From Geosiphon pyriformis uo1 (Eukaryota > Fungi > Glomeromycota): a stretch of DNA of 64,000 bases. The translations under genes were made by a program, and so were the position numbers. The notes under the pieces were generated by a model. It was not told the DNA's origin. It did no database searches and was given only the letters and a program-made list of their open reading frames with translations. Shown here piece after piece: positions 38,390 through 52,300 of the stretch (position 1 is the stretch's first letter; each line of letters starts with the position of its first letter). The stretch spans positions 1 to 64,000 of the forward strand of contig JAAOMT010000471.1 in assembly GCA_016748015.1 (NCBI GenBank), written 5' to 3'.

Positions 38390-41300
38390 TACAGAGAACA
38401 GCACCAACCACAATCATCTAAAAGTGGCAGAATCAGAAATCATAGGAACAAACCATTTAGGATTTGCCAAATACTTATTTCAACAGTACAGTCAACAATT
38501 AAGCTTAACCAACAACCATTATCCAGCAGAATTCACTTTTAACTTTTATGTTAACAAAAAGATCACAGACTGCTTAGGAAGAACAGTTGATATTGAATTA
38601 GCAAGAAAAAACTTTTATACAGAATTATTTCAACATATTAATTTACCAAGAAACTATAGTTTCGCAATTATCAGGGAAATCAATCAAACTATTGAAAAGT
38701 ACACTCAACAACAATTTCCCATTACCTATGCAGACAAAGGCAAAGGAAGATTGCAAACCCCAGCAGTAACACTAAAACAAATACAACCACACAATTGGAA
38801 GAAAACCTGAGTTGAATCATTCACCAATCTATCATACCATTATACACCAAGAAGTGCCATCAATATCTCATTAACAGGTGTGTCCACATCACATATGACA
38901 TCAACATTTGGCCGACTCCCATTCCAGAGTAAATAAAAGAAAGCAGAGTTATTAGAAACTTATGGCAATTATTTTGAAGGATTTAAAACATGATTACCAA
39001 TGTTATCAGAATTCTGATCACCACCACCTTAACCAAATTTCAGAAACACGAGTCCTTGGGAAATAATGGAATCAGAAGAAGAGAAAGAAAAAAAATCTGA
39101 AGATCAAAAATTTACTTACCAGAATCCAATCACAGAAAACTCGGAATTTGGAACCCCAAATTTTCAAACCCAGCAAAATTCAAATTTAGAAAATCTGAAA
39201 ATTGGGACTCCAAATATTCAACTACTGCCAAATCAGAACAATCAAAACTCTGATCTAATTAATCAACTAGACCTACCTCCCGTTATTATTATTAACCCAC
39301 CACCAGTTGAACCAATTAGCCAGTCACTACAACAACCACACCAGTAGATTCAACAGCCACTAGTACCACTTCAACAACCACCACAACCCAACTTAGATCT
39401 AATGGTATACGTATCAATAGCCAAACTCGAAAAATTCACTGGTGAAGAGAACAATGCCCAAGTATGGCTAAATAATGTGGAGAAAGCCATTGCAGTTAAT
39501 GGATGGAATAATGCCAGAGCCATGCAAGCCATTCCATATTTTCTCTAAAATACTGCCAATTTATGGTACCAAAGCCTGGTCAACAAACTTCAAGATTTCA
39601 ATGCATTCAAAATTGAGTTCTTAAGATACTTTAGCAACAATAACAGCATTAACAAACTAGCAAACATATTCACTACCATCAAACAAGGAAAAAATGAAGC
39701 AGTCACTACTTACTTAGAACACTTCTACAGAAATCTGCACTAGATCCAAGTTATTGACACCAATTATTTCACAGTAGCCCAAATCCTAAATCAGTTTATT
39801 TGCAGATTATGCAGTAGCATTCTGCAACGTATATGTCTATTGCATTTCATCAATCTGCAAGCAGCCATCACAAACGCCCGAAATTTTGAAGCCACTGAAT
39901 TCGAAGCTAACCACACCCAAGCTGTTAATCTAGTAATAAATAGATCATCTGAATTGGATTCCAAATTGAAACAATTTAGTAATTCCATCAATCAGAAATT
40001 AGAGAGATACTTAGTTAACAATCACACAATTTATTAACCACCACAATGATGCAATAATTCTGGAAATGCAAATCATTTCCAGAATTAGTCGTGTCTATCA
40101 TCATCGACCAATCAACAGTGATAACAAAAAACACATGTTTGCCACTATTGTGATAAACAAGGACACCTACAAATCAATTGCTGCCATTGCTTAAATAACC
40201 AACAATTAGAAAATCAATATTGAAACCCCGATTGCCGGTTTTAAATTCCAAATAACCTACCAAACTCAGAGCCATATTATTAGAATTACATATCTATAAT
40301 GCAGTAGCCACTTTATCAACCACCAGTATATCAAGCACCAATTTATCAACCGATAACACCGACAATTTATTAACTGTAGTCACAACTTATTTATCAGCCA
40401 CAGTCTCAGGTAATCTATCAGCCCCAACAAATTTAAACACCACCACAGAACTTACCTCAAAACGGAACTCAAAGGCCAAGATTAATCCAGCAAAGCTGGA
40501 GATCATCAATGGTAGTTTACCAACTGATCTCCAGTTCTTTCACACAACCAGCAAAATCTTGACAATAGAATTCAGGCACCGAGTATGCCCAAAACCCAAA
40601 TTTCCAGAACTATTTAAGTCTCCTGGTTATTTTAAAAGATGCCCAACTCAATAATCCGGAGACCAACTAACAACTAACACTTACCAGCAACATTCTACCA
40701 GCTACTATTACCAAGAACAAATCACTGAATGCCATTTTCCCATTTAAACTCAAAAAACTGTCGACCACACCATTATTTAGTGAAACCACTCTGGAAGAAA
40801 AACCTATTACTGCCATGTATATTGATGCCAAAGTTGATAGCCATTCTATTAAACTAATCCTAAACAGTGGATCAACTGGTAGCATCATTACAAAACAACT
40901 TATGGATCAATTAAGTTGTCAAGTTGATTGTGCTGCCAATGGTAGGATCATAATTGCCAATGGAGCAACAAAAACTCTCATTGGTAAGATCAACAACTTT
41001 CCCATCAAAGTCAATAGTATCATGGTCCCAATCAAAGTACTGGTCATGGAAGCCACCCAATATGAAGCACTTATTGGTAATAATTGGCTATTCAAAACCA
41101 ACGTGTTGCTTGATTGGAATATATAGGAGCTTCAAATTAGCCAGAATGGCTAACACACATGCATACCAGCTACATATAACTATTTCAAAACCACCAATTC
41201 GACAACACCACTTATTGAATTTGAGAAAAAGAAAAAGAAACCTACCTGGAAAGCCTACCAAGTTTCTTGGGCTGACACAAAACACAATGAGCTATTACCA

Positions 41301-44300
41301 GTACCTTTATGGGATGACAACAGCAAAAGAAAGCAGAGCAAAGAACTTACCTGAAAAGCCGACCAAGCCTGGGAAACCAGCAATAACCAGGAAGAACAAA
41401 TAAATTGGGAATGGAAAGAAGACAAAAAAGAAAAAGGAAAGGGGAAGGAAGAAGAACCAACAACTGACAGCAATCTCACTTATAATTTCTACACTACACT
41501 CTACCAATCCACTTATTGCCGCCCAAAACTGGTAAGCATTGATTGCGGCAAGAAATTGTCATCAATGAGTGCTTGTTGTGGTGATGATAAGGAGTACACT
41601 TCAGCAACAAAATTCTACTGCCACCCATGCATTATTGAATGCTTTGAAAGGCCAAAACAGGTTGGAAAATGGAACAATGAACCATGCTTGGCTTGTGGAG
41701 AAACTCTTTTGGACAAAGAAATGTGGAACAACATTTCTGGGTAAGGAGAAACATGCAATGAATTGTGTCAATACATGATTTTCATAAGTGATTGGGTAAT
41801 AAAAAGAATGCTTATAGACACTGCCTATAGACAAGTCATCAAATGTCTAGACAGATGTCCACACAATGATGACAAAATCTGGCGAATGGCACTCGCCAAA
41901 ATCAAAGAAGTAACATCAAAAGAAATAAAAACAATTAAAAATAACCCACCTGAACCTATAGAACTTGACTGGAACCCAGAACCAGTTATAAATCTCCTAG
42001 ATCCAGAACAATTCTACAAACATTATCAAAAGCTAGCACCTATAAGAAAAGAGCAAGAGCAATGCTTGGAAAAAATAAATACAAGACTATGTGATCATTG
42101 TTTAATTCCCTGTGACTTCTAATACTGTAATGAATGTGACCTTATTTACAATCCATCACCATACATGATTCACACAATCCCAAAAAAAGACAAACCAATC
42201 AGCAGCTGCACATCAGAATTGGAATCAGTTTTCAATCCTGATTTAAACTTTGACAATAACAACAATAAAAATAACAGTTCCAGTTCCACTCAATATAGTA
42301 ACAAAAATAACAATGATTTGGACTCTGATTCAAATCCCAAAACATTTATCGCACTTTCTGATCTCATCAAGAAGCAGAAACTGAAATGGTTCAGTGATAA
42401 CAATGAAAGTATCATGCCAGAATGTGTACATAATACTGATGCAGGGTTTGATCTGAGATATCCAGAAAAAAATGCCATAAAAGTGGAACTTCACTCATGC
42501 ACCTGCATTGATTTCAAAATAGCACTGAAGATCTCAGCAACAACTATGGTTCAACTAGCATCTAGGAGTAGCTTGGCGAAAAAGAAAATCAACATCAAAG
42601 GAGAGATAATTAATGCAAAATATGTAGGAAATATCATTGTTATGTTACAAAATGACTTTAAAAAGGCCTATATCATAAAGTCAAATGAAAAGATAGCACA
42701 AGCAATATTCTTACCTCTGCTGAAAATAGCTCAATTAGTGTCAATAGAAAACAGGAAGGAATTAGGGATTACAGTTAGAGGGATACAGGAATTTGGATTA
42801 ATGGGTAGAATAGATATACCAGTTAATATGGCAGAAGAAGAAATTGCTGACAAAGGAAAAATTATCTCAACCTGTCAAACAATTTCCATTCTGCCATATG
42901 ACCAGTATATATTAGCCATAAAAAAAGAAGTAAAAGATCAAGCTTAATTGTTTGAAGCAGAAGCCACCATTTGTGAATCAGGAGAGATTGGACTCACCAA
43001 TCTCTACATCTCAACCAACAGTCCCAAAAACATTAAAATTCTCATTTACAACACAACTGGAAACGTCATTGAAATACCAAAGAGAACTATTATTAAATAT
43101 TTAACCACTGAAATTGAGGATCAACTACCAAACCACATTCCAGATTTTCCACAGCTTTGCGAATACGTGGACATTATATCACTAACCATCTATGGACGAA
43201 ATGAATGTTATCTGCTTCAACCAGAACAATTGGAACAGATAAACATGAAAAATCTAGACTCACTTCAACAGATACAACTAAGGATGTTACTTAGCCAATT
43301 CAATAACATCTTTGCTAGTGAAAATGAATTTGGCCATACTAACATTATACAGCATCAAATTAAGACTGAAGATACAATGCCAATTAAACAAAGAGCATAC
43401 AGAGTACCACCAGCTAGCCATGAGATCATTCATCAAGAAATCAATCAGATGTTTGACAATGGGCTAATTCAGCTATTAATAAGTCCATGATCATCACCAG
43501 TAGTACTAGTCCAGAAGAAGAATGAGAAGATCTATTTTTATGTGGATTATCAAAAACTGAATGGAGTAACTAAAAGTAATAGCTATCCAACTCCAAAGAT
43601 TTAAGAATTATTCAATGCTTTTGGAAGAAATAGATGGTTTTCAACACTAGATTTAGATAGTGGTTACTGGCAAGTAGCCATGGATCCAGCTGACAAAGAA
43701 AAAACAGCATTTACCACAAGAGAGGAGAATTTTGAGTTTGAAGTCATGCCATTTGGCTTGATAAATGCTCCAGCAACATTCCAATGGCTCATAGAAATTG
43801 TCTATACTGGATTATTATGAAAATCAGTAGTTGTATACTTAGACAACACAAATATATTCTCCAAAACATTTGATGACCATTTACATCATCTTTAACAAGT
43901 ATTTGAAAGACTCAGATGAGCAGAATTGAAACTAAATGCCAACAAATACTTCTTTGGAAAAACCAAGCTTAAGTTTTTAGAACATATGGTGAGCAAAGAT
44001 AGTATCAAAATGGATTCAGATGAGATTGCAATAGTAAAGAACTTTTCAGTACCAACAAACTTGCCAGAACTAAGGGCATTTTTGGAATTCGCAGGCTACT
44101 ATTACCATTTTATCAAGAACTTTTCTAAACTAGCTTAGCCATTTCACTATCTACAAACCAAAAATGTGAAATATGAATGGACTGAAGCTTAACAAGAAGC
44201 ATTTAACACATTAAGAAGAAAGCTTATCCAAGCTTCAGTATTGATGTATCCAGATTCCAACAAACTATTCATCATTACTATTGATGCATCAGGTCAAGCA

Positions 44301-44639
44301 TTGGGAGCAGTACTATTACAAAAAAGACCAGATAGAAAAAAACATTCAGTAGCTTATGCCAGTAAAAGCTTAAGTCCAGCTGAAAAGAACTTTAGAACTC
44401 CAGCATTGGAACACTTAGCAATCTATTGGGCTGTCATCAAATAAAGAGAATACTTGAACCAAAAGTTTGAAATATATATGGATCACAAGGAATTGACTTT
44501 AATCTAGAAGCAAGAATTTGGAAATGATTGCCATGCCAGATAGAAAATAAAATTTTCACCATTCAATTACACAGTACATTATAAAAAAGGAAAAGACAAT
44601 AGAAATGCTGATGGTTTGTCATGAATAAGACAAATCTAA
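38390..44639 (+). pseudogene. Gypsy-3 Gag-PR-Cys-rich-dUTPase-RT-RNaseH polyprotein
   Basis: ORF fragments at 38364, 39066, 39840, 40815, 41556, 41763, 42165, 42948, 43926 and 44241 all lie in one frame; knuckle ~40140, protease ILNSGS (from DSG), RT, RNase H IDASGQALG; ends RQI-TAA; start approximate. Confidence 0.95.
42375..42815 (+). pseudogene. dUTPase domain in the Gypsy-3 polyprotein
   Basis: AGFDL, SRSSLA, IINAKYVG (decayed IDAGY), KIAQAI, RGIQEFGLMG. Confidence 0.92.
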
Positions 44640-44670
44640 AAACATTTCAACCCAAAAATATAACAAAAAG

Positions 44671-46048
44671 ATGAATACGCAAAAATACCAACAATTCCAG
44701 CATTATATAAATACTCAATTATTCAAGGAGAAATTATCTCAAAAAGAACAAAACAACATAAAACAGCAATCAAAATATTTTATCAATCATCAAAATATAC
44801 TTTACTAGAAAAACAGAAAAAATCCAAACCAATCAACCAAAGTAGTTATGGAACCAGAAAAAAAAACAATATTGTTCAACATGCACTCAGATCCAACAGC
44901 AGGACATTTTCATAAAGAAGCAATTATAGAAAGAACCAAAAAAAGATACTATTGGCCATCAATGTATTCAGACATCATCTAATATGTTCAGAATTGTGAT
45001 ACTTGTCAGAGAAGAGGTAGAACAAGACCAAGTAAACTATTAAGACCAATCAAAGTGGAACAACTATTTGATTGAATTGGAATTAATTTAGTTGGACCAC
45101 TAACAATCACTAGCAAAAACAACAGATATATTGCAGTAACCATGGATTATCTCACTAAATGGCCAGAAGCAAAAGCCATTTAAAGAGCAGATGCAGAATC
45201 TGTTGCCGAATTTGTTCATCAAGATTTGATCTGTTGACACGGATGTCCAAAAAAACTACTATTAAATCAAAGAACCCACTTTGTGAACAGAACATTGACA
45301 GAATTAAGTCAAAGATTTAGAATTAAAAGACTCTTATTATTATCATACCATCCACAAACAAATGGACTAGTCAAAAGATTTAACAGAACATTGTGTAAAG
45401 CAATCACCAAAATCAGTCAAGAAAACCAAGACGAATGGGATTTAGTTATACCATCAGTATTATTTGCTTATTGGGCAATAAGACAAGATACTACACAAGC
45501 AACACCATTTGAATTAGTATATGGTAGAATAGCAACATTATCAGTTAAGATAGAGGTTAACACATATCTAACTGAACCAATAACAGAAGCTAATTTCCAA
45601 GAAACATTGTTGAAAAAAACATATGACCTAATGGAAACACTAGAAAACAGATAATAAAAAGCAGCTGATAACATTCAAAAGTCTTAAGAAAAGCAAAAAA
45701 AATGACACAATAACCAATTACCAGATAAACCAATTGAATTCAAGATTGGAGACAAAGTACTTCTATATTGTACCAAAGTAGAAAAACAATAAAGTAGAAA
45801 ATTCAATCCCAAATGGGACAGACCATTTCACATAGAAGAAATTCTTGGAAATAGAGCTTATAAATTAAGATGGAACAACAAAATTTTAACCAAAACAGCA
45901 CATAGTGATCAACTGAAATCTTATCACCAAATAGCATCATCATCTACCAATAACATTCTACAATTGTAAGTACAACAAATACTAGTTCAACCAAATGAGA
46001 TTCCACAAGATCTAGAACCAATCATAATCATTGGACCAAACATGTAAA
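44671..46048 (+). pseudogene. Gypsy-3 integrase, separate ORF with its own ATG
   Basis: ATG at 44671 in +1 frame; MHSDPTAGHF...CDTCQ; YHPQTNGLVKRFNRTL; KWDRPF. Confidence 0.9.
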
Positions 46049-46109
46049 ATCAAACAATAAAAAAATATATAAAGACACAGTATATGCGACAAAGGCAATC
46101 AAAAAAAAA

Positions 46110-46735
46110 ATAGAAATACCAGATTATAATTACACCATAGCTCAACAATTATTTCAGGCCTTAAGTCAACAATCTTTAGACATAGAAATTATTGTTAACA
46201 ACCAAACAATTTGTTACTGAAACACCAAAAGAAAGACAAAAAATACACCATATCAGCAGTTACCAAAAACTGGTCAGATAACATAATAGAAAAAGTAAAG
46301 AACACTTTTGGAAAAATACCTATTATGGCACCAACAGAAGAACTTACAAAAAAAAATTGGAAGCAATAAACAAAACAACTTTCAATATCATATTATTACT
46401 ACCAGTTAAGTCGAAAGTTAAATATTCAAGAGTTGTATATCAACAAATCCAAAAGGATATTTAACCAAAACATAATACAGCAAATTGAAGAATTTATTGG
46501 AAAAAAGACAAACTCAACACTACATGTGAGAATAATTTACTGACTGCACAACATATTTCAGAACTATCCAGAAATACTGTTATACTCTGACATGGAAACC
46601 ATAACCATTAACCAATGGAGAAGAATGAACAATGTACAAGTAGAAGATGTGAAAAATAAAGTCGAACAAACAATACTAGAAAAAGAAGTATTAGAGCTAA
46701 TTCAGAATGAAGATTTCGACAAAGCTCAATATTAA
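46110..46735 (+). pseudogene. Gypsy-3 additional ORF3
   Basis: QQLFQAL..IEIIVN...YYYQLSRKL...IEEFIGK...LHVRIIY(R)LHNIF...DFDKAQY*; aligns with ORF3 of element 1. Confidence 0.75.
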
Positions 46736-46751
46736 AAAAAGGAGGAGATAA

Positions 46752-47638
46752 TGTTACTTATAAAAAAAAAACAGATATAGGGAAAATAGTAGACCAATAA
46801 GCAAATAGTATATAGCATATGAGCACATTGCTCAGCAATATAGAGCAATAATAGAAATCACAGCACATTGCTCAGCAATATAGAGCAATATCAGAAAACA
46901 TGGCACATTGCTCAGCAATATGAAGTGATGTTAGAAAAATGAGAGCACATTACTCAGCAATATGAACATTGCTCAAGAAATCATAGCACATTGCTCAGGA
47001 AAGTAAGTGATCTTATAGAACATCAATTATATATATATAGCAGTAGCATTAGAAGTAGAAAGAGCAGAATTTTTTAGTTAGAAATCTTCCATTCACAAAT
47101 ATTAAATAAAATAAATCATTCACCATTCAAATCTACTCTCTACTATCAACATGAAATATTGATAGTAATTAATACTTAACCACACTCAAACAATAGCTCT
47201 TGATTATGGCTATTGACAAGACATTAACTTGCACATTGCCTTGGCTTATTTCTTTATTTTTCTTTTATTTTCTTTCTTTCTTTGATTTTATTGTTGTATA
47301 CTAACTGATTAAAAATTAAAGCATTAAGTAATTAACGTCATGGATAGCCTGGTAAAAAACCCTGAAATAAGGGTAAAATTATATATATATTAATGGATAG
47401 CTTACCAAAAGGGCACAACTGCCAGAATAAACCAGCCACCAAGCTGAAGACAAAAATTGGAAACACAACTCACCAACCAATCACATTGTCATTGAATCTC
47501 TGTCTATTATACAAAGAACTCCACTCTAAAACCTTCAGATACAACTAATGTATCAGTATTACCAGCATTATCAAGATATTGAGCACCAAGTTATGGATTT
47601 GTTATTTGATTTAAGATTCCAAATAATCATTTATAACA
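46752..47638 (+). repeat. 3' LTR of Gypsy-3
   Basis: Direct repeat of 37478-38362; TGTTAC...ATAACA. Confidence 0.96.
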
Positions 47639-47969
47639 ACATTAAATATAAAAACTATAATAAGAAAAACCAGCTTATTAACTAATCTGTTATTTAAAAC
47701 TTTAGAGCTCTTAAAAAAGGTAAAACAACATTAGAACTAATTTAAGTGTATTTTTTTGAAAGAATTTTGACTAATAAAAAATCAGCCAAAAATAAAAAAA
47801 TACTTTAATAACTACTAAAAATAGCTTTTTACTATTATTACTAAAAAAAAAGCTTCTAAAATGTTTAACTATCTGTTTCTATAACAAAAAGAACTTTTTT
47901 AATTGAAACTTTGTAAAATACCAAAAAAAAGATACCAGTTACAGTTTTTTTATTTTTTGTTTTAGTTAT

Positions 47970-48758
47970 TATTACAGATAATTATTTGAAATATTAGAAC
48001 AAATAACAAAATCATAACTTGTTGCTCAATAGTTATTGATAATAGTAATTTCTAAAGGTTTTAGTTAAGTTTTTTGTATAATAAACAAAAATTTAATTAA
48101 TAGTTTCTTTTGTGAATTTTTTTTTTCAGTGTGATGATTGATTTATTCTAACAGTTGTGTTCTTTTAATAAGCTATCTTTAAGTTTTCTATTTTTGTTTC
48201 CAAGTCTTTTATTAGGCTATTCTTGATATCAATTAGTAAACAACAAAGAAAATAAAAAATAAAAAAATAAAAATAAAAATAAAAATTAATATTTTGTTAA
48301 TAACTATAATTAAAAACTATTAGTCTAGTGTAATTAAGTATTGGTTTTTATTAACATAAAATGTTAATAGTATAGAATATATTAATATTTCTTTAATCAA
48401 GTAATAATAACATAGATTTAGATGATAATAAATGTTTTATTAATATATGTATAATTTTATTTCAAGTTATAGAAAATTATCTTTTAAAGAGAAGAGCATT
48501 GTTGTTTTAAACTAAATTGTTTGTTTTTTTTGCTTTTAATATTTTTACTATATATATAATTTGTATTATACAAAATTTTTTAAAATTTTTCAATTTCCTT
48601 GAAAAAAATTCTGTAATTTTACAATTTCTTAAAAGAAATTTTGGAATTTTGGAATCCTGTAATTTTTTGAGAAAAATCTTAGAATTTTTTTTTATTATGC
48701 CTATTTTTAATCAGTTATTTTATCTACTTATTATACTTCCTAATCTCTATAAGTAATA
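47970..48758 (-). mobile_element. Gypsy solo LTR (same family as 17910-18688), decayed
   Basis: TATTAC...GTAATA termini; TSD TTAT/TTGT; similar along its length to 17910-18688. Confidence 0.82.
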
Positions 48759-49339
48759 TTGTAGTTATAAAATTAAAGAAATAAAGAATTTTTTATAATT
48801 TAATTTGTATTTTATTTATTAAATAATAATAAAATATTATGTAAAATTTTAGTCAAAACCAAATAAAAAACAAATTTATAAGACAAAATATTGTTTTTAA
48901 TTTTGTTTATTTATAAAATTATAAATTATAATATAAAAAATTATAAGCTTTTTTTATTTATTTTATAAAAAATAACAATTTTATTAATAAAAATACGAAA
49001 ATACTTTGCAAAAAAACTTTAATATTATTTTAACTTATTAATAAAAACATAAATAATTTATTTTAAAAAAAATAAAAGTGCTAAAAAAATTTTTTTTTAA
49101 GTATTGATAATTTAGTTTTAAAATACTATTTAAACAGAAATAATATTTATAAAAATAAGTTTTTTAATTAATAAATAACTATTTATAATTAACAAAGTTT
49201 TAAATAATAATTTTATATCTTATAAAGTTTATATAAAATAATCTTTAATAATTAATTAATATAAATAATTATTTTTTAAATTAAAATATTCAATATATTC
49301 AATATATTTTTTATAAGTATTAAACTAAAAAAAGTAAAA

Positions 49340-52300
49340 ACTCTTTCTTTTATTGATTTTCTGATTACAATAAAAGTATAAAGTAGTTAAAGATATACAC
49401 TTTTTTTTCTTTTTTTTTCTTTTGTTTTTGCAGTTCTTTCTTTTATTACATTTTTATTTATTACTAAAGAATTAATAGACTCTTTTGTTAATAGTTTTGG
49501 TTTTGGTTCAGCTAAATTAAAAATCCAGTCTGGCATTAAAAAAAAGTGTATTAAAAATATTTATTCTTATAGTTTTTCATACAAAAAGCTGAAAAAATCT
49601 GAAGCTATTAATAGTATAATAAACTTATTAGCTGGCTTTCTATTTATTAACATATTATAAGCTAATAAAAATAATTATAAAAAATTTTAAAATAGTAAAG
49701 TAGATAACAAAAAACTAGTATTAGTAAAGTATCAAACATAAAAAATATAAAAAACACAATTGCAGAGAAAAAAAGTTACATAAATTTAAATACTTTTGAG
49801 ATAAATAATATAATAGATAATATAATTTTAAAAAAGATGCAAACTAAAACATATATTTGGAACAGTTATTAAATATGCTTTTTTTAATAAATTAAGTAAT
49901 AATAAAGACATATTAATATTTCTAGTGCTTAAGTTTGATGATTTCCAAAAATTGCTATTGGTTGAGTTATAAAGCAAAAAAATTAGAAATTTTAGTTTAA
50001 AAAAATTTTTTGTATTAAATATTAAATTTTCTGTAATGTCTGACAAAACTTATGAAAATAAGTTGTTGTTAATAAAAAATTTTTTTATCATATTAATAGT
50101 TTTAGAAGAGTATTAACTTTCTTAAAATTTCTAGATATTATTAAATCAATTTTTATATCTAAATTAAGCTTAAACAAAACAAAAAAATTGGCTGTTAGTA
50201 AAAAATTTTGGTAAATAATAATATTAAAAAACAAATAATTATACAAATCAGAAAATAATTGTTAAAAAAATTCCAGTTGATCTTCTTAAATTGGCTATAA
50301 AATCAGTATTCTTTAAGTTTAGTAAAATTGTTTCTATTAAGATACAATTTATTGGTCTTTAACAAAAAGTTTTAGTTAAGTTTGAATTTGTTAATATAAT
50401 TAATTTGGTTTTAGTTAAGTAATCAGTTTTTATAGATAAAAATTTTGTGTATATGGTTAAAGTTGTTAATAATAAACAAATATAAATATCTAAAAATTAA
50501 TATTGGGCTTTATTATATATCTTATTAATTAATACTATTGTTTATAATTTTTCTGATTTGTTGACATTATATTATAAAAAAACTTGTTTTATTGATTGTA
50601 ACTCAAGTTTATATAAATGTAATCAATATATAATTGTTTATTTTGTTAATAAAGCATTAAAAAAACTTGCTATTAGTTCTATTCCAGTTTTTAAGAATGT
50701 AAATTTGTACTAAACTGGCTTATTACTAGTTATTTGTGCTTAGATTACCAGTAATTCTTTGTTTTTTTTTTTTTTATATGAAATAGTTCCTTAAAAATTG
50801 ACTTCTTTTTAGAAAAAAAATCTCTTCTGCTGGTTATATTGAAAATAAGTGAAAAAATTGCTGCTTTTAAGTACAATTTTACCAATCTCATAAAACAAAT
50901 TGATAAGTTAGTTAAGAGATTAAATACACTTAAACTAACAGTTTTTTAGCTTAAATCTAGATATTAGTCATTGGTAACTTTTTTATTACAAAATTAAAAA
51001 ATAAATACAATAATAAGTAAAAGTTTAAATGTGGCAATTAATAATATGATTATTATAAAAACAGAGTTTTTTGATTTGTTAATTGCTTTCAAGTTGAAAG
51101 ACAATATAAATAATCTGTCAAAAATAGTTATAAGCCTATTGGCCAAAATAAAAAATAAAAGCTTGAGTTTAAACATTTCTACTTAGCAATAACTAAACTG
51201 ATTTGAAAAATTGCTATATGTAATATTCATATATTAATGTTTTTACTAAACAAAATAATATTATTTATTAATATATAGACTTAAATAATATAATTTCTAT
51301 TATTACAAAAAATAAAATTGAAATCTAATATTAGACTATATATTATAAACAAGTTTGATAAGATGCAAATTTTTGCATTTAATTTGGATAAAAGTTTTCT
51401 TAATATTGAAATAACTATTATTATAAACAATTTTTTGGCTTAATATGTTTCAAAAATAGAAAAAATTTTTGGTTAAATTATTTTAGTACAGTTTTTATTC
51501 AAGAATAAACTTTTAGTTATAATTTTAGATTTGTATATTTATGTTTCTGTTAAAGCTAAATTTGATTAAACATTAAAAATCAATTCTTTCATTATTAAAG
51601 CAGTTAACTCTAATATTTTTATGGTTTTAAGTAAAAATTTCAATAAAAATAAGTCTAAAAAAAGTACAAGTTTTAAGTTTTGTGTGAACTTAGATTTGGT
51701 TAATTTTTTGATAAGTATTTTTTAGTTAAAACTTCAACTTGAAGTAATTTATGATTGTTAGTTATAGAATTAACTTTGTGTCTGACTTTTTTAATACAAA
51801 TTACTAGACAGTTTTGGTTTTGGTTGGCCTAAATAGTTTTTTAGATATTTATTTAAATAGTATATACAAATAAATTAATAAAAATTGCTGAAAATCCAAG
51901 ATAAGTAATGCAAATAAAATTAAATAAACATGCTTTAAAAAGTGTTTTTTTAATAAACTATTAGTATTGAATAATAGATTCTTGAAAGCTAAGAGTTTTG
52001 GTAATTTGAATGAGATATAAAAGATATTAAAAAAGATAATAGTGAGTTTAGTTAATAAAATATTTTTTAAACAATAGTATAATAAGTTTAATTGTTTAAA
52101 AAATAAACAATCATCAAAGTTTTTCAAGTTAAAACTACTTGTTGTTAAGATTATAAAAAGTTTGAGCTTAGAAAATATGTTTAAATTTGATTACTTTATC
52201 AAAACTTAGTTAATTATTAATAATACAGAGGCTTTTAAGATTATAAAAATAGTTCAAAATAATATAAATATAATAGCCATTATTAATTATTTATTAATAA

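Larger units (their letters stand above)
37478..47638 (+). mobile_element. Full-length Ty3/Gypsy retrotransposon 3 (dUTPase-bearing), inactivated
   Basis: Paired ~886-bp LTRs, perfect TSD ACAT (37474-37477 / 47639-47642), PBS, PPT AAAAAAAGGAGGAGATAA. Confidence 0.97.
25645..48870 (-). mobile_element. ORF1-only LINE derivative (HAL1-like), copy B, ~2.4 kb, split by three Gypsy insertions (pieces 25645-26176, 36095-37477, 47639-47969, 48759-~48870)
   Basis: Pieces 1-2 are the reverse complement of copy A (5254-6747) and rejoin across the element-2 TSD; continuity across the other two sites rests on TSDs; probable ORF1 start (ATG>ATA) at 47969. Confidence 0.75.

Noticed and set aside
28631-42478. 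Minus-strand ORFs within the Gypsy elements as antisense genes
   Set aside because: Short shadows of the coding strand with no recognisable motifs
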